The position numbers were made by a program, and so were the translations under genes. DNA of 64,000 bases from Octopus sinensis (Eukaryota). The notes under the pieces were generated by a model that saw nothing but the letters and a program-made list of their open reading frames with translations, was not told the origin of the DNA and did no database searches. Below are positions 36,188 to 48,788 of this stretch, one piece after another (position 1 is the first letter of the stretch; each line of letters starts with the position of its first letter). Location of the stretch: positions 930,001 to 994,000 of the forward strand of contig NC_043001.1 in the NCBI RefSeq assembly GCF_006345805.1. Reading direction: 5' to 3'.

Positions 36188-36480
36188 CATGAAAGAAAGC
36201 ACCTTCGAAAAGTGTCTTGGTGCGACTATGAAAGGTATCAAATCAGAGGTGGTAAATTCGCCACAATAGAAGCAAGGTTCGAGTCAACAGAGCGTGCAAG
36301 GGAGTACTCGACTCGAACTTGCAAAGTGAAATATTTTATTTTTACCTTTATATCTAGGACATCCCGGAAAAAAATTAAGAATGTCCCCACCCCCCCAGAA
36401 ATAGAGGTAGGCTGGATTGTAGCCACACTTCTTTACAAGAGGGAGGAAAGATACAATTGATCAAAATTACAAGAGACGGG
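36188..36480 (+). pseudogene. 3' continuation of the older, diverged gag-like ORF
   Basis: MKESTFEKCLGATMKGIK / IRGGKFATIEARFESTERAREYST..KIKNVPTPPEIEVGWIVATLL aligns with EEAFKQ..KGLEYGTITVQFKSEKAARNIA..RIRVEGIPPHLEGELITAAV. Confidence 0.6.
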
Positions 36481-36625
36481 TTAACAATTCCAATCTGTTA
36501 TATATTTTGAGTATTGTTATCACTAGCGATATCAAGAGATAACTTTGTATTTTGCATTTTATGTGTAGATGTATATATATAGATGTACATGTAATATGTA
36601 CACACACATATATATATATACATGC

Positions 36626-36667
36626 ACTAGCACTATGACTCAGCAACGACGGGTCTTTAATGCTAGT
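36626..36667. other. 42-bp imperfect palindrome with Helitron 3'-end features at both ends
   Basis: ACTAGCACTATGACTCAGCAACGACGGGTCTTTAATGCTAGT has a GCAAC loop like the hairpins at 13746 and 50397, and CTAGT reads outward on both strands. Confidence 0.55.
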
Positions 36668-36770
36668 ATATATATATATTGAAGTTCTGTCAACCAAATC
36701 CACTCACAAGGTCAGTAAATTCAGGTGAAAGTGTTGGGTCAATTACAGTGGGTTATTAACAACAACAATA

Positions 36771-37280
36771 AAAGATGACAAGGCTCTGAAAGGGCTACTA
36801 ATAACTGTGAAAAAAATCCAGTGATGACATCAATATGGAATTTGACCCTTGATAAATGTGCAAAAGTTTTGTTCAAATGTGATAAGCTGAGAGCTAATAC
36901 CATGACCCAACTTGATCAGGATACATCTACCAAGGACCTTGATGAAGAAAGTTGTTATAAGTATCTTGGGATATATGAAGGGAAAGGGATTCAACACAGA
37001 CCAATGAAAGAGAAGATCAGAAAAGAATATTATGTGTTAGAATGGTCTTGAGTACTGAGCTGAACTCTCAGAATAGAATTGCAGCTATAAATTCACTGGG
37101 GGTCCCTGTTGTCCAGTGTAGTCTTAATGTCATCAATTAGAATCTGAGGGATCTCCGGTGTATGGACATTAAGACCAGGAAACTGCCGACACTAAACAGG
37201 ATGCATCACCCAAAATCAGACGTCCACAGGCTCAATCAACCACAAAAGGAAGGCAGCAGAGGGCCTAATCCAGCTGGAAA
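36771..37280 (+). mobile_element. R4/Dong-like LINE reverse-transcriptase fragment
   Basis: SDDINMEF..LDKCAK, YKYLGIYEG..MKEKIRKEYY, MDIKTRKL..HHPKSDVHRL..KEGSRG-LIQLE. Begins right after an (AAC)n tract. Confidence 0.75.
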
Positions 37281-37358
37281 TCTCTCTATATATAAAACTG
37301 AGAATGTGGGTCTGTCTGTCTTTTGCATCATCATCATCATCATCACGGACGTTAAACA

Positions 37359-37394
<36 letters not shown>

Positions 37395-37553
37395 CAAAAG
37401 ACAGACAGACCCACATTCTCAGTTTTATATATAGAGAGATTTCCAGCTGGATTAGGCCCTCTGCTGCCTTCCTTTTGTGGTTGATAAAGCCTGTGGAAGT
37501 CTGATTTTGGGTGATGCATCCTGTTTAGTGTTGGCAGTTTCCTGGTCTTAATG
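37167..37553. repeat. Long near-perfect inverted duplication (arms ~175 bp)
   Basis: 37167-37345 is the reverse complement of ~37375-37553 with only a few mismatches. The centre is CGGACGTTAAACAA(TGA)n. Confidence 0.95.
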
Positions 37554-38375
37554 CCTGCATATGTGTAGAAATATAGTGGTGTAGGTTAATGGGGGTGTGA
37601 AGTATTGGTGTGTGTGTGTGCAAGTGTATGAGTGTGAGATATTTCTACATGAACTGATTAAAAGAAATGAAAATGAGAGAGATATTAATTATAAAAACCA
37701 AACACTTTTGAAAAAAAAAAAAAAAACAAGAGGAAAGTTATTTCTGTGAATTATTCAACAATTACAAAATATTTGTGATACGTCCAGGGACACTGAAAGA
37801 AGTGTCCCAAGAATGGTCCCAAGGAGGAATTGACAGAAGAAGTTTAGTTTGGTGAGGCGCAAGGAAAGGCAAAAAGAATGGAGTAGATGTGTGTGCATGT
37901 AGCAGAGTGTGGAAGTGTTTTACGTTTCCACAGAAAAGAAAAGAAAAGAGACACAAAAAAATTATTTTCTTAAGTTGCACAACTGGAAGGATGTCTGAAG
38001 AATTGAAGGAGGGTGAATTCCACAGGATGCAGAATCAAGAGGAAGATCCACTGAGGAAAGTTGAGTAGAAACATTTGGTGTGGGGGAAGTTAGAACCATA
38101 TATGGTGTAAGAGAAAATGGTGGTGGGTGGAAAAAGAAATCTCCAAAGACAGACACACACATTGTGTGTGTGTGTGTGTATTTGCTTATGTGTGTTGGTA
38201 TAAAACAATGCATTGAGATGCAACTCTTTACATCAACAGCTGACTTCATAATTTGATAAGTGATTAATAAAATAAGCACCCGACTGATATCCCTTTAAGG
38301 CTGTGCCCCAGCTAGCCTTATAATGAGGGGAACCAGCAATGTATATACCTGTGTCTGTCTGTCTCTGTCTGTCTC

Positions 38376-38431
<56 letters not shown>

Positions 38432-39509
38432 CATATATGCACACACACACACATAAATACATGCAAATGATGTTCCAAAAATATGCCAATATTTAAACAC
38501 ATCTCTTTATTGAAAATACCTTGCAGACTTTTGAGACACACAGTCGGCACAGTGAAGCAAAATGAATGAATAAGTGCACAGTTATAGAACATTAAAATAG
38601 TGCTGCATGGAGAAAGATACACATATCCCATGACATTGACAACAGACTTCTTGGATTCTCGATATTGCCATTAGCATCATTGAAAAGTTTCTCACAGAGA
38701 TAAGAATCAAATCATTTCTTATATGATTACCATTTGAAGTTGGAAGAAACCGTGTGTTATTCTGCATCTTGTTCGCATTGATTCTTCTCTCTCTCATTTT
38801 GTTTTGTTGTTTGCGTTGACGTTTATTTAACTGTAACAATTTTGTGATGGATGATTTATGTTATGTCTAAGAAATGGAAAATGCGATTAACTTTCATTAT
38901 TTGTTGCTTTTTGAACAAAAAAGAAATTGTATATATAATAATGATATTAAATTTTCATTTATCTGCTACATTAGAAATTATTCATTTACTGGCATTTATC
39001 AATAACTGTTAGCAAATTATCACAAACGTGTGACACCTTCCGTCTTACGATAAGCTGATAAAATTTAATGAAAGGTAAAAAAAGAATAAAAATTGTTATG
39101 AAAAACAAGACAGAATCAAAATAAATACAGCCAAATTGGAATGGAAATAGATTTTGAAGAAAAATTATTCAAAATTGTAATAAAACGAAGCTTAACATCC
39201 GTAAAAGTGTTCTTATGCATGAAAAATTTGATAAATTGTATCAATAGATCTCAGGATTACAACATGGTGAGCAAAACAGAGATCTTGTTGAATACCTATA
39301 CAAACAAGTTGAGAATCAAGAAAAAGAAATCCAAAAAAATATTTGCTGTAACCTGGAGCCAAGCTTAATGAGAAAATTCTTGCAGAAGTAATGGAAATAT
39401 TCAATTATTTTATTGTAAACATTTTCTGTGGCATCACATTAAGGAGATGATAAGTTGTTGAAGTATAGAGTCCATGAGAGCAGGAATTCCTCGCTCTCGC
39501 TAGTTTTAC

Positions 39510-39764
39510 TTCAAATAGTTTCATATACGTCTTTAAATGATGCAACCGTTGTTTTCTCTTCTTCCAGAAGTCAACAGTCTGAGATGTTTCTAAGAAAGAA
39601 GAACAGAGAAACTGGTTATACAACACAGGTTTCATTGCTCTGTTGTCAATCTGTTGTTGGATAAAATTCTTTACTTGACATTGATTGCTTCTCCAACCTG
39701 GATAAAGGCTTACCCTGCCCATTACAAGTTGGGTGAAATGCTTCTGTAGTCAGAGGAACAGTCC
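39510..39764 (-). other. Two weak candidate exons (39714-39764 and 39510-39589) in compatible phase
   Basis: GGTCAG|GGACT...GCAGG|GTAAGC, then TTCTTCTTTCTTAG|AAACA...GAA|GTAAAA. Joined reading GTVPLTTEAFHPTCNGQETSQTVDFWKKRKQRLHHLKTYMKLFE; protein not recognised. Confidence 0.25.
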
Positions 39765-40349
39765 CTGACCAAAGAGCATTTATTTATTACTCTAATGTGA
39801 CACAAATAAAATATTTATTGATAGAAACAGTCTTTGCTGTTATAATTTATGACAATTCTGAACTACATTAACCCTTTCAAAACAAATTTGTTTGAGACTT
39901 TGTCATGTTTGATAATATAAAGTCATTCAGTGTCCACATTTCAATGAAAACCTTACATCATAATTTGGTCCAAGAACAACTTTATTAAGTTATGTTCAGC
40001 CATTTAATTAGGACAAAATTAGCATGTACCAAAACTAGGGGAGGTAAAGCATATGACGACGACGATGATGATATATGAATATGAATCAGTATTTCTGCTT
40101 AGACTAGTCAGAATGTTTTTTATGTCTTCAATATTTATTGAAACAATGTATTTTATTTGAATATGGTGACCACAGGGATAAATACTTGAGTCCTGATCTC
40201 CTGATGCAGGTATTTTCTTCACGGCAGAGTAAGACAATTAACCAATCCTCTGTTGCGTTAACAACATAATTGCATTTTGTAACGTTGAATCCTTTTAAAT
40301 TTCTACAATAAAATAAATTCATTTAACGTTTGTAAATCTTGTGACATTT

Positions 40350-40756
40350 ATACTTTTTTACACTTTTACACATTTCAGTCATTTGACTATGGCCATGCTG
40401 GAGCACTGCCTTTACTCAAACAAATCGATCCCAGGACTTATTCTTTCTAAGCCTAGTACTTATTCTATCGGTCTCTTTTGCCAGACTGCTAAGTTTCAGG
40501 GACATAAACACACCAACATCGGTTGTCAAGCGATGGTGGGGGGACAAACACAGACACAAAGACACAAACACATAAAGATACAAACATACATATTTACATG
40601 ATGGGCTTCTTTCAGTTTCCACCTACCAGATCTACTCACTAGGCTTTGGTCGGCCTGAGGCTATAGTAGAAGACACTTGACCAAGGTGCCACACAGTGGG
40701 ACTGAACTCAGGACCATGTGGTTGGGAAGCAAGCTTCTTACCACACATCCACGCCT
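40350..40756 (-). mobile_element. Full-length tRNA-derived SINE (long family)
   Basis: Minus 5' AGGCGTGGATGTGTGGTAAGAAGCTTGCTTCCCAACCACATGGTCCTGAGTTCAGTCCC (A/B boxes), an internal (TG)-rich linker, and a 3' CCAGCATGGCCATAGTCAAATGACTGAAA tail. Confidence 0.8.
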
Positions 40757-41112
40757 GGAATGAAATCCAGCTATAAAAATCATGCCAAATGACACAAACA
40801 AGCACCTAACCTTTGGTACCAGTCACTCCTGATGGGAGGTAAGTCAGACTGAAACAATTTGTCCAACTCATGACAGCATGGAAAACGGGTATAAATATGC
40901 AGATGACGACAGTGGTGATGATGATGATAAAGAAACATTATGCTTCATTTGTTCACCTTGCAGTCAATAGAATGCTGGAAGAGAGAAGCTATTAGTACAG
41001 TAAACTAAGAATACAAAAGGTCTGCTTAAGCAGAAAATATAATGATTTAAATTTAAAACCTAACTAAGGTATTCTTATACATTTGAAGCAGATCAAAATA
41101 ACAATGGATAGT

Positions 41113-42045
41113 CATCATCATCATCATCATCATCATCATCGTTTAACGTCTGTTTTCTGCGCTAGCACGGGTTGGACGGTTCGACCGGGGTCTGGGGAGC
41201 CAGGGGCTGCACCGGGCTCCAGTCTGATCTGGCAGAGTTTCTACAGCTGGATGCCCTTCCTAATGCCAACCACTCCGCGAGTGTAGTGAGTGCTTTTACG
41301 TGCCACCTGCACAGGTGCCAGGGGGGTCCGGCATCGGCCACGATCGGTTGGAGCTTTTAACGTGCCACCGGCACGGAAGCCAGCTAAGGCGGCGCTGGCA
41401 ACGACCACGTTCGGATTGTGCTTTTTATGTGCCACCGGCACAGAAGCCAGTCGGGGTGGCGCTGGCATCGGCCACGTTCGGATGGTGCTTTTTATGTGCC
41501 ACTGGCACAAAAGCCAGTCGAGACGGCGCTGGCATCGGCCACGTTCGGATGGTGCTTTTTATGTGCCACCAGCACAGAAGCCAGTCGAGGTGGCGCTGGC
41601 AATGGCCACGTCTGGATGGTGCTTTTTATGTGCCACCGGCACAGGTATCACAACTACTATTTCCATTGATATTTATTTCGATGTTCATGTTCATGTACTT
41701 GACTCAACAGGTCTCCTCAAGCACAGTGGGTTGTTCTGAAATCCAAGGTACTTTGAATGAGCTGGGGCTATACAGAACTGGTGCAGGAAGCAGCCCGGGT
41801 CTTTGCAGTCACAGCATATCTCCAGAGATCTCGGTCCTTCGCCATTGCCTCAGTGAGGCCCAACGCTCTGAGGTCATGCTTGACTACCTCATTCCATGTC
41901 TTCCTGGGTCTACCTCTCCCCCTGATACCTTCAACTGTTTGGGAGTGGCACTTCTTCACACATCTCTACTCATCCATCCGCAGTACATGACCATACCATC
42001 GCAAGCGTCGCTCTTGCACACCACATCTGATGCTTTTTATGTCCA
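41113..42045 (-). mobile_element. 5'-truncated RTE LINE with expanded 3' UTR tandem array
   Basis: Minus ORF KKCHSQTVEGIRGRGRPRKTWNEVVKHDL; about 7 units of ~53 bp at 41290-41645; (GAT)n tail. Confidence 0.9.
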
Positions 42046-42066
42046 GCATAGTATATATACATATAC

Positions 42067-42139
<73 letters not shown>

Positions 42140-43329
42140 GGAAATTATATATACAAATGTAGAATGGTGCTAGCACTATTGTTTTGTCACAGAGAGACTT
42201 CTCTAAAAAAACTTGTGTTTGGAATACACCGAGATCACTGAGAATGGCATCAAGTAAGCTCTGTCTTTTGTTAACAAATAAGTTTCTTTGGGAGAGTTTT
42301 CTGAGAAGGAATATTACAAGAGCCCTTCTACATTAATATATAACAGTTATACACACTGTTGTCTTAATCTAAGGAATCTAAATACATCTTGGTGCAGTTA
42401 AGTAGTTTGCTTTGCAACATTGTGCTTTCATATTTGATACCATTTTGATATTGAGCTGATCAATATCTGGCAAGTGGAATTTGCAGATGGAAACTGTGCA
42501 GAAGCTTGTGATATGTGAGTGTGTAAGTATACATACATACATACATAATACACACACACACATATATAGAAAACTGAGGCATATATATATAATGTAAAAA
42601 ACTGATATAGAATTTGTTAGGGCTCTCTGTGTTATGAGTTCAAATCTAGCAGAGGTGAACTTTGCTTTCATCTCTCTGGGGTTCAAAGAATAAAATTCCA
42701 GTCAAATAGTGAATCTGACCAATTCCTTCCACCCCCCCTCTCTCTCTCCCAACAACCAACAGATTGGAGGAATTATTGCCATCTCTCTTTTCTCCAAGAG
42801 CAAATACTTTTACACAATTCGAGGGGATAATAAAAAAGTGAAAGTAATTGCTTTGAAAGGAAGGGATTGCTGAGAGACTCTGGCAGAACAGAGTATAAGA
42901 TGAAATATATATATATACATACATATATACGTATGTGCATACATGCAAGTGTGTGTGTGTGTGTGTGTAACTGTTTATGTTCAAATCAGTGTCTTTGTTG
43001 CGTCCCTTTATGATTTGTAACTTAGAAATTAGTCTAGAAGTGATTAATGAAATAAGTATTAGACTGGAATCAGAAATGGTGTTGATCTGATTGAAAGAAG
43101 TGCTCCAGTATGGTCACAGTTGTTGAAGAACTGAAAACTGGTAAAAGAATAAAAGAATTTGAAATGATGTTTGGTAACATGCATGTATGCATCTGTACTT
43201 ATATGAATGTGTATCTGTACTTAGATGCACATTCACACATCCATGCTTGTGTGCACGCATGCACACACATGCACACACACCCACCCACATCCACTGCTCC
43301 TTCCTACTTCTCCCCAACCACACGACCGA

Positions 43330-43580
43330 TTTCCTGTTCACTACTGAACCGATTTCCTGTTCACCACTCAACCAATTTCCTGTTCACCATTTAACCGGTT
43401 TCCTGTTCCCCACATGATTGATTTCCTGTTCCCCACATGATTGATTTCCTGTTCACCATACAAGTGGTTTCCTGTTCACCACTGAGCTGATTTCCTGTGT
43501 ACCACACAACCAGTTTCCTGTTCACCACATGATTGATTTCCTGTTCACCATACAAATGGTTTCCTGTTCACCATGTAATT
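43330..43580. repeat. 23-bp minisatellite, 11 units, core TTTCCTGTTCACCA
   Basis: Units counted directly. The first ~14 nt are nearly invariant and the last 9 nt vary. Confidence 0.95.
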
Positions 43581-45638
43581 GTTGTTGCTAAAATACCAAC
43601 ATCAGACTGTTTATACCATGTGACCTTTTTTGACCAATCGCAGGCTAACGTCCATTAGTAAACATTGACTCTCTTCAATCAAACTTTCATTCAGACCCCA
43701 ATGGCCAAAGACTAGCCATATGCTTGAAACTCAGAGTACCAAGGAGTTTGAATCAAACTGATCCAATCTATGTGTGTGTGTGTGTGTGTGTCTGTCTGTC
43801 TTCTTGACAGTATTTGTCTCCTACCATCACTTCACAACCAATGCTGGTGTGTTTATATCTCCATAACTTAGCGGTTCAGCAAAATAGACTGATGGAATAA
43901 GTACTAGGCTTGCAAGTATTTCCTAGCAGTAATTAGTCAATCTGTGGTGACCATTACGGGTTGCAAAATGACCTATAAAGGTCATAGGCACAGCACAGCA
44001 CTTCATCCCCACCTATCCAGTGAATGAGAAAATCCTTTCTTATTTTTATGTCGTAGGGAGTAATTTGAGAAAGAGTTTTAGCTGTTATTTCTAGCAGATC
44101 AGTTGACTGCCTACACATTCCCTTGCTGAAGTGTATGTTTCTATTTATTTATTTATTAGGTTTCTGTGTTGGACTGTTTCTTCGTTTTGAATGGACAACA
44201 GCATGGAGCAGGAATGAGGGCCTGATTATCGATGGTCATTGATGAGAGGTGAGAGGGTCAGAGGTGAAAGAAATATTAAGGATGATATCAGAGGAAATGA
44301 CCTTAAACAGAAAAGGTTTTTGTTGCAAGAGAGAGAAAACCATTTTGCAAAACTATTCATCCTGTGTTGACTAGGAAGAAAAACCATCTCATGAGAATGC
44401 AGATGATGGTTATGATGATGGTGATGACAATGATGATGATGACAATGGTTATAGTGATGATGATGATGATATTAGTAACGATAAAGATGATGATAATAAT
44501 AATGATGATGTTGACAATGATGATGGTGGTAGTGATGGACTTAGTTTTCTTCTTTTTTTTCTTGTTTTAGTTAAATGGAGATTTCTCCAAAGACTGCAAA
44601 CATTAATCTATTCAAAGATGTCTAAACTCACCTCTCTTTCCAATAATTGCAAGTTCCTTATCCATTTGTTCTGCAGTAAATAAGTGAACGTTTAACTTCA
44701 TATGACTATCTTTAATGGAAGTGGTAGAAGAAGCAGGCCAGACACCAATTCTATTTGTCTAGAATATTCCTTTAAAGCTTTCAACATAAATCTCTTGCTA
44801 TAGGAAAGTGTAAATCTGGTTAAATGTTACTCTTAAACAGCAGACCTTTTACAAATTACAGCCTAACGATGATGATGATGGTGGTGATGGTGATGGTGAT
44901 TTCTTTTCATTTATCAGCAGTATATTTATTATGATTATTATTATTATTATTATTATTATTATGATTATTATTATTATTATTATTATTATTCGGTGGAGTT
45001 TTATAATGATTGATTTCTTTAATTATGATTCATTACACCATGGAGTTCATTTTCGAAATCATGATTAATTGCCTTGCTTATATTTTCCTCTTCACTTATT
45101 CAGTAATCGTTAAGGTTATTTTACCCTTCGTTAAGATAATTTTTTTCTTCTTTAGTTTCTAATTCATATTGTAAATAAACATACTGAAAACAGACTGGCA
45201 GAAAGACTGTCTTAAATATATCAGTGCTTCAGCATGGTCAAGCCAATACTAGATAGTTTAAGCCGCCAAGTAAAGAACATGTCTGGAACAGCTGGTGAAT
45301 TCAAACAATAAACTACATCAATATGAAATATAAAATGTTGATAAAATGTTTATTAAAGAGCAGTTTTGGGATTTATTTGTGTTTCAAATACTTCTTCCTA
45401 CAACTATAACTTATTCATTCCTCGTCAAACAGCTTATCTAATCTTATAGACAGTTATTAAACAAAAACATCGACAAAACAACAAAACAAAAGCAATTGAT
45501 TTATCATTTTCAGGCAAAACAGATGCACTTGTTGTATTTTCCTCTTGTTTTTAGATAAATGACAGAATCTCACTGTTCTTGAAGCAATGAAGGGCCATTT
45601 GCTACAGAATCACAACCATACTACACTCTTCTATCAAA

Positions 45639-45680
<42 letters not shown>

Positions 45681-45999
45681 GTTGGTAGTAGTAGCACAGT
45701 TTTATGACCCATGGTGATCGAAAAATATGAGAGAAAGAGTAGTGGATGAAATACTTTTCAGCATTTATTCCAGCAGCTTATGTTTTGAGTTCAAATCTCA
45801 AACAAAATTAGTTTTGTCATCCATCCTTCAGGGACCATTAAATAAAATACCAGCAAAGGGCCATGGGCAGGAGGTAGAAATGGACTGTCAGATTAGATAC
45901 CTTGTGGTATTTGTTCAGTTTTTTTCATTGAGTTCAATTTCTGGGTGACAGACTGAATCTACACTCAATTTAACACCACCACAAACTGACACTTGGGGG

Positions 46000-48330
46000 A
46001 CGTTTAGGGAATTTTTGTTGAAAGCATTCAGATGAGATCTTTAATATGGGGAAAGCTCCCTTTCTTCAATGTTAGAGGCCTTTTAAAAGATCATGTGTAT
46101 TGCCAACCACATTTTCAGACTAAAAGACAACATAAAAAAAAAAGAAAAACTAGATTGACAAAGTGGAGATGAGTACCCACTGAGAGATGGTCATGATGGA
46201 TTCTACTGAGATCCATAGTCTTTCTACTTGTTAAACAGACAAACTCTGCAATGTGCTTTCAACTTCAGGGCCATTTAGAGGGATTTTTTTTTTTGGTTAA
46301 ATAACAGGATCTTTGCATTTATTTTTATCATACAAATTTTAAATGTTTTATATAAGTTTTAATTGGATATTTATTAGTTCTTTAATCATCATGGATATTA
46401 GGATTGTCTTATGAACGTATCTACGGAGAAGGGGGTCAATCAGTTCTAGACTTTTGTCCAAATCTTTTAGTTCTTTCATGATGAAAATTTCCATGAATTC
46501 TTGCTTCAAACTCATACAGCCTTCAAACCAATCAGTTATCCAGAACCCAGAACCCTGACACTTTTTATAGCATGGCACCACTAAAATCAAATTATCTTTA
46601 AGTTTATCTCCATCACTGTCATAATTTTCTCCAGGGCTTTCACCAGACCCTGCAAAGAGCAGCTTTGAAGACAATAAAGCTGGAAACATAAAAGTGCTTG
46701 ATGTTTTGTTTGTTTTTACAATTACCAAACTGATGATGGCACAAACTGTGCCTCTCTAACAACTCTAAAACCAAACTAATTCGCTCTCATTGTTTTCTTT
46801 TATATTTCTTTCCATTCTTTTCCAGGAGAATTTTTCAGAATACTTTTCCTGAAACAGAGAGATATTTTTCTGTAGTTTGGAGGAGTTTACTCCTAAACCT
46901 TTATACAAATTCATCTTATGGGTCCTGTATTTTAGGGACTTCTCTTTTTTCCATTCTATGTTGAATATTAAATGTAACATATTCACCATCTGCTCTCCTT
47001 CTACTTTTGGTATTTCAACACTGATGGCATCTAGAACGAGCAACATTTTTATCAATTTAGAATATTTTCTTTCTTTTGTTATTTCTGACCAAATAACCAC
47101 ATTAGATGGATCATCAGCGCTTCTTGATATGGCCCTCAGATTGTGTGGGAAGATGTTATAGTTAAGTTGTCATTAAAAACCATCTTTCTCCCATTGAAAT
47201 GCCTCAGCTGTGTGTTTGTGTCTGTGTTATTGTCTTTATCTTTTCTCGCTCTATGTTTTCCGGTTCTTCCTCTACATTTCATAGAACATCTCGAAAAGGT
47301 TTCCACTATTACCATTACTATTATTATTATTATTGTTCTTGAAGCCAGCTTCTGCTAATTCTATTTTTGTCTGGTAGGTTTTTGTTCTTTTGTGTTTCCA
47401 CGGCTGTTTTTGACTGTTTTGTTCAATTCTCTGTATTGTTCAACCTTAACAATATCGTCTGAGTTGTTCAACATTTCTGTTCTAGCATTTTCTTTTTGTT
47501 TACAGCATGTCTCTATTCCTAATGATAGGCTTACCATTTGTTTTCAACCTTCCAAGCCAACCATTTCTTCTGTTGTTTTATTTGTGTCTTTGAAAGACCA
47601 TTCTGTCAGTGTCATTTGTCTCAAACTAGAGCAAAGGTGCTAAAACACCTCCCATCTGTATTTTGAATTTTTGAACCAGGTCTTAATCAGCAGCTTTATT
47701 CCCATTATATCATTTTGCTACCTTTTATATTTACTATTACACTTTTGGTATGATTCCAAAATTTAACAAGAACAACAAATGATCAGAACTTAGCTAAGTT
47801 AAATTCTATGTGGCACTGTTTTTAGTTTTGGCTTCTTTCATTATTTTTCTGGATAATAATACAGTCTACATGATTGAGGCTCTGGTTACCATTCTGCCTG
47901 TGTTTTAAATGAGTGGTGGAAGAGGGTATTTGTTATTGTAACACTGTTTATTACACAGAACTTTGGTAGCTTTCATTGTTTGATTTCCAAAAACGTTTGG
48001 CTGGTTCTTGCATTGGTCTTTGGTTTTAATGCTGGAGTTTCCTCTGATTGCATAAGAATTGCTTCAAAGCAGTATCTTTTTGTTTTTTTTGCATGTGTGA
48101 AGTCATCAAAACATTTCTGTAACTTGAATTTGGGCCACAGATCTGATAAATGGTGACCATTCTATCCAGGATATTGAAATAAGCACTCCATCATCTCTCT
48201 GAGTAACAAGATTTGAAACTTTACCTAAAATCTGTCTCCTCTGTTATCAGAGCCACTCCCTGTGTTTTAATGTTATCTCTTCTTCAGGGATGGATGATGA
48301 CCTGTCTTCTATCTCAAATGCTTTGGTCCT
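46000..48330 (-). mobile_element. Ancient, heavily decayed RTE-clade LINE (EN to RT)
   Basis: Fragments TQGVALIT and VTIYQICGPNSSY (cf. IQVYAPT). LDAISVEIPKVEGEQMVNMLHLIFNIEWKKEK (cf. DGIxAExLKxGGExMVxxLHxLFNxIW). Confidence 0.5.
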
Positions 48331-48788
48331 AATCTCTTCCAGAAATACTAATGATATCAATTTTGAAATTCACCATTTTATTGCCAAGTAATCCTATGCT
48401 TCACACTCAATAGTCTTTACCTGGTGATTCTTTGAGGACCATTAGTTATGCCACGCTGTCATGGAGAACAATAAAACAACACTTTCACACACTTTGGACA
48501 CATCAGGTTCCTCACTGTGTCATGAGTGTTCTCTGTAATGAGAACTTATTTGCACCAACCGTATGCTGTTACACTATATAGTGGCACAGGCGACCTAATA
48601 TGGAAACTACCATTGGTCAAATATTTTGCTTTATAGGTAATTAACTACTGAGGTGATGCCCGTCACACACACACATACACATAATAAATTTATTCTGACT
48701 CATGTAAATATGAAAAAGTGGATGTTAAGATGATGATGCATGTTTGTGTGTGTGTGTGTGTGTGTATGTGTGTGTATGTGTGTGTGAA

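Noticed and set aside
41290-42091. 263-aa and 149-aa ORFs, and a CRISPR-like look of the 53-bp array
   Set aside because: Antisense read-through of the RTE 3' UTR tandem units. The same units occur in four other RTE copies.
43330-43580. CRISPR-like repeat-spacer array
   Set aside because: Eukaryotic context, 9-nt related and recurring 'spacers', and no cas genes. It is a minisatellite.
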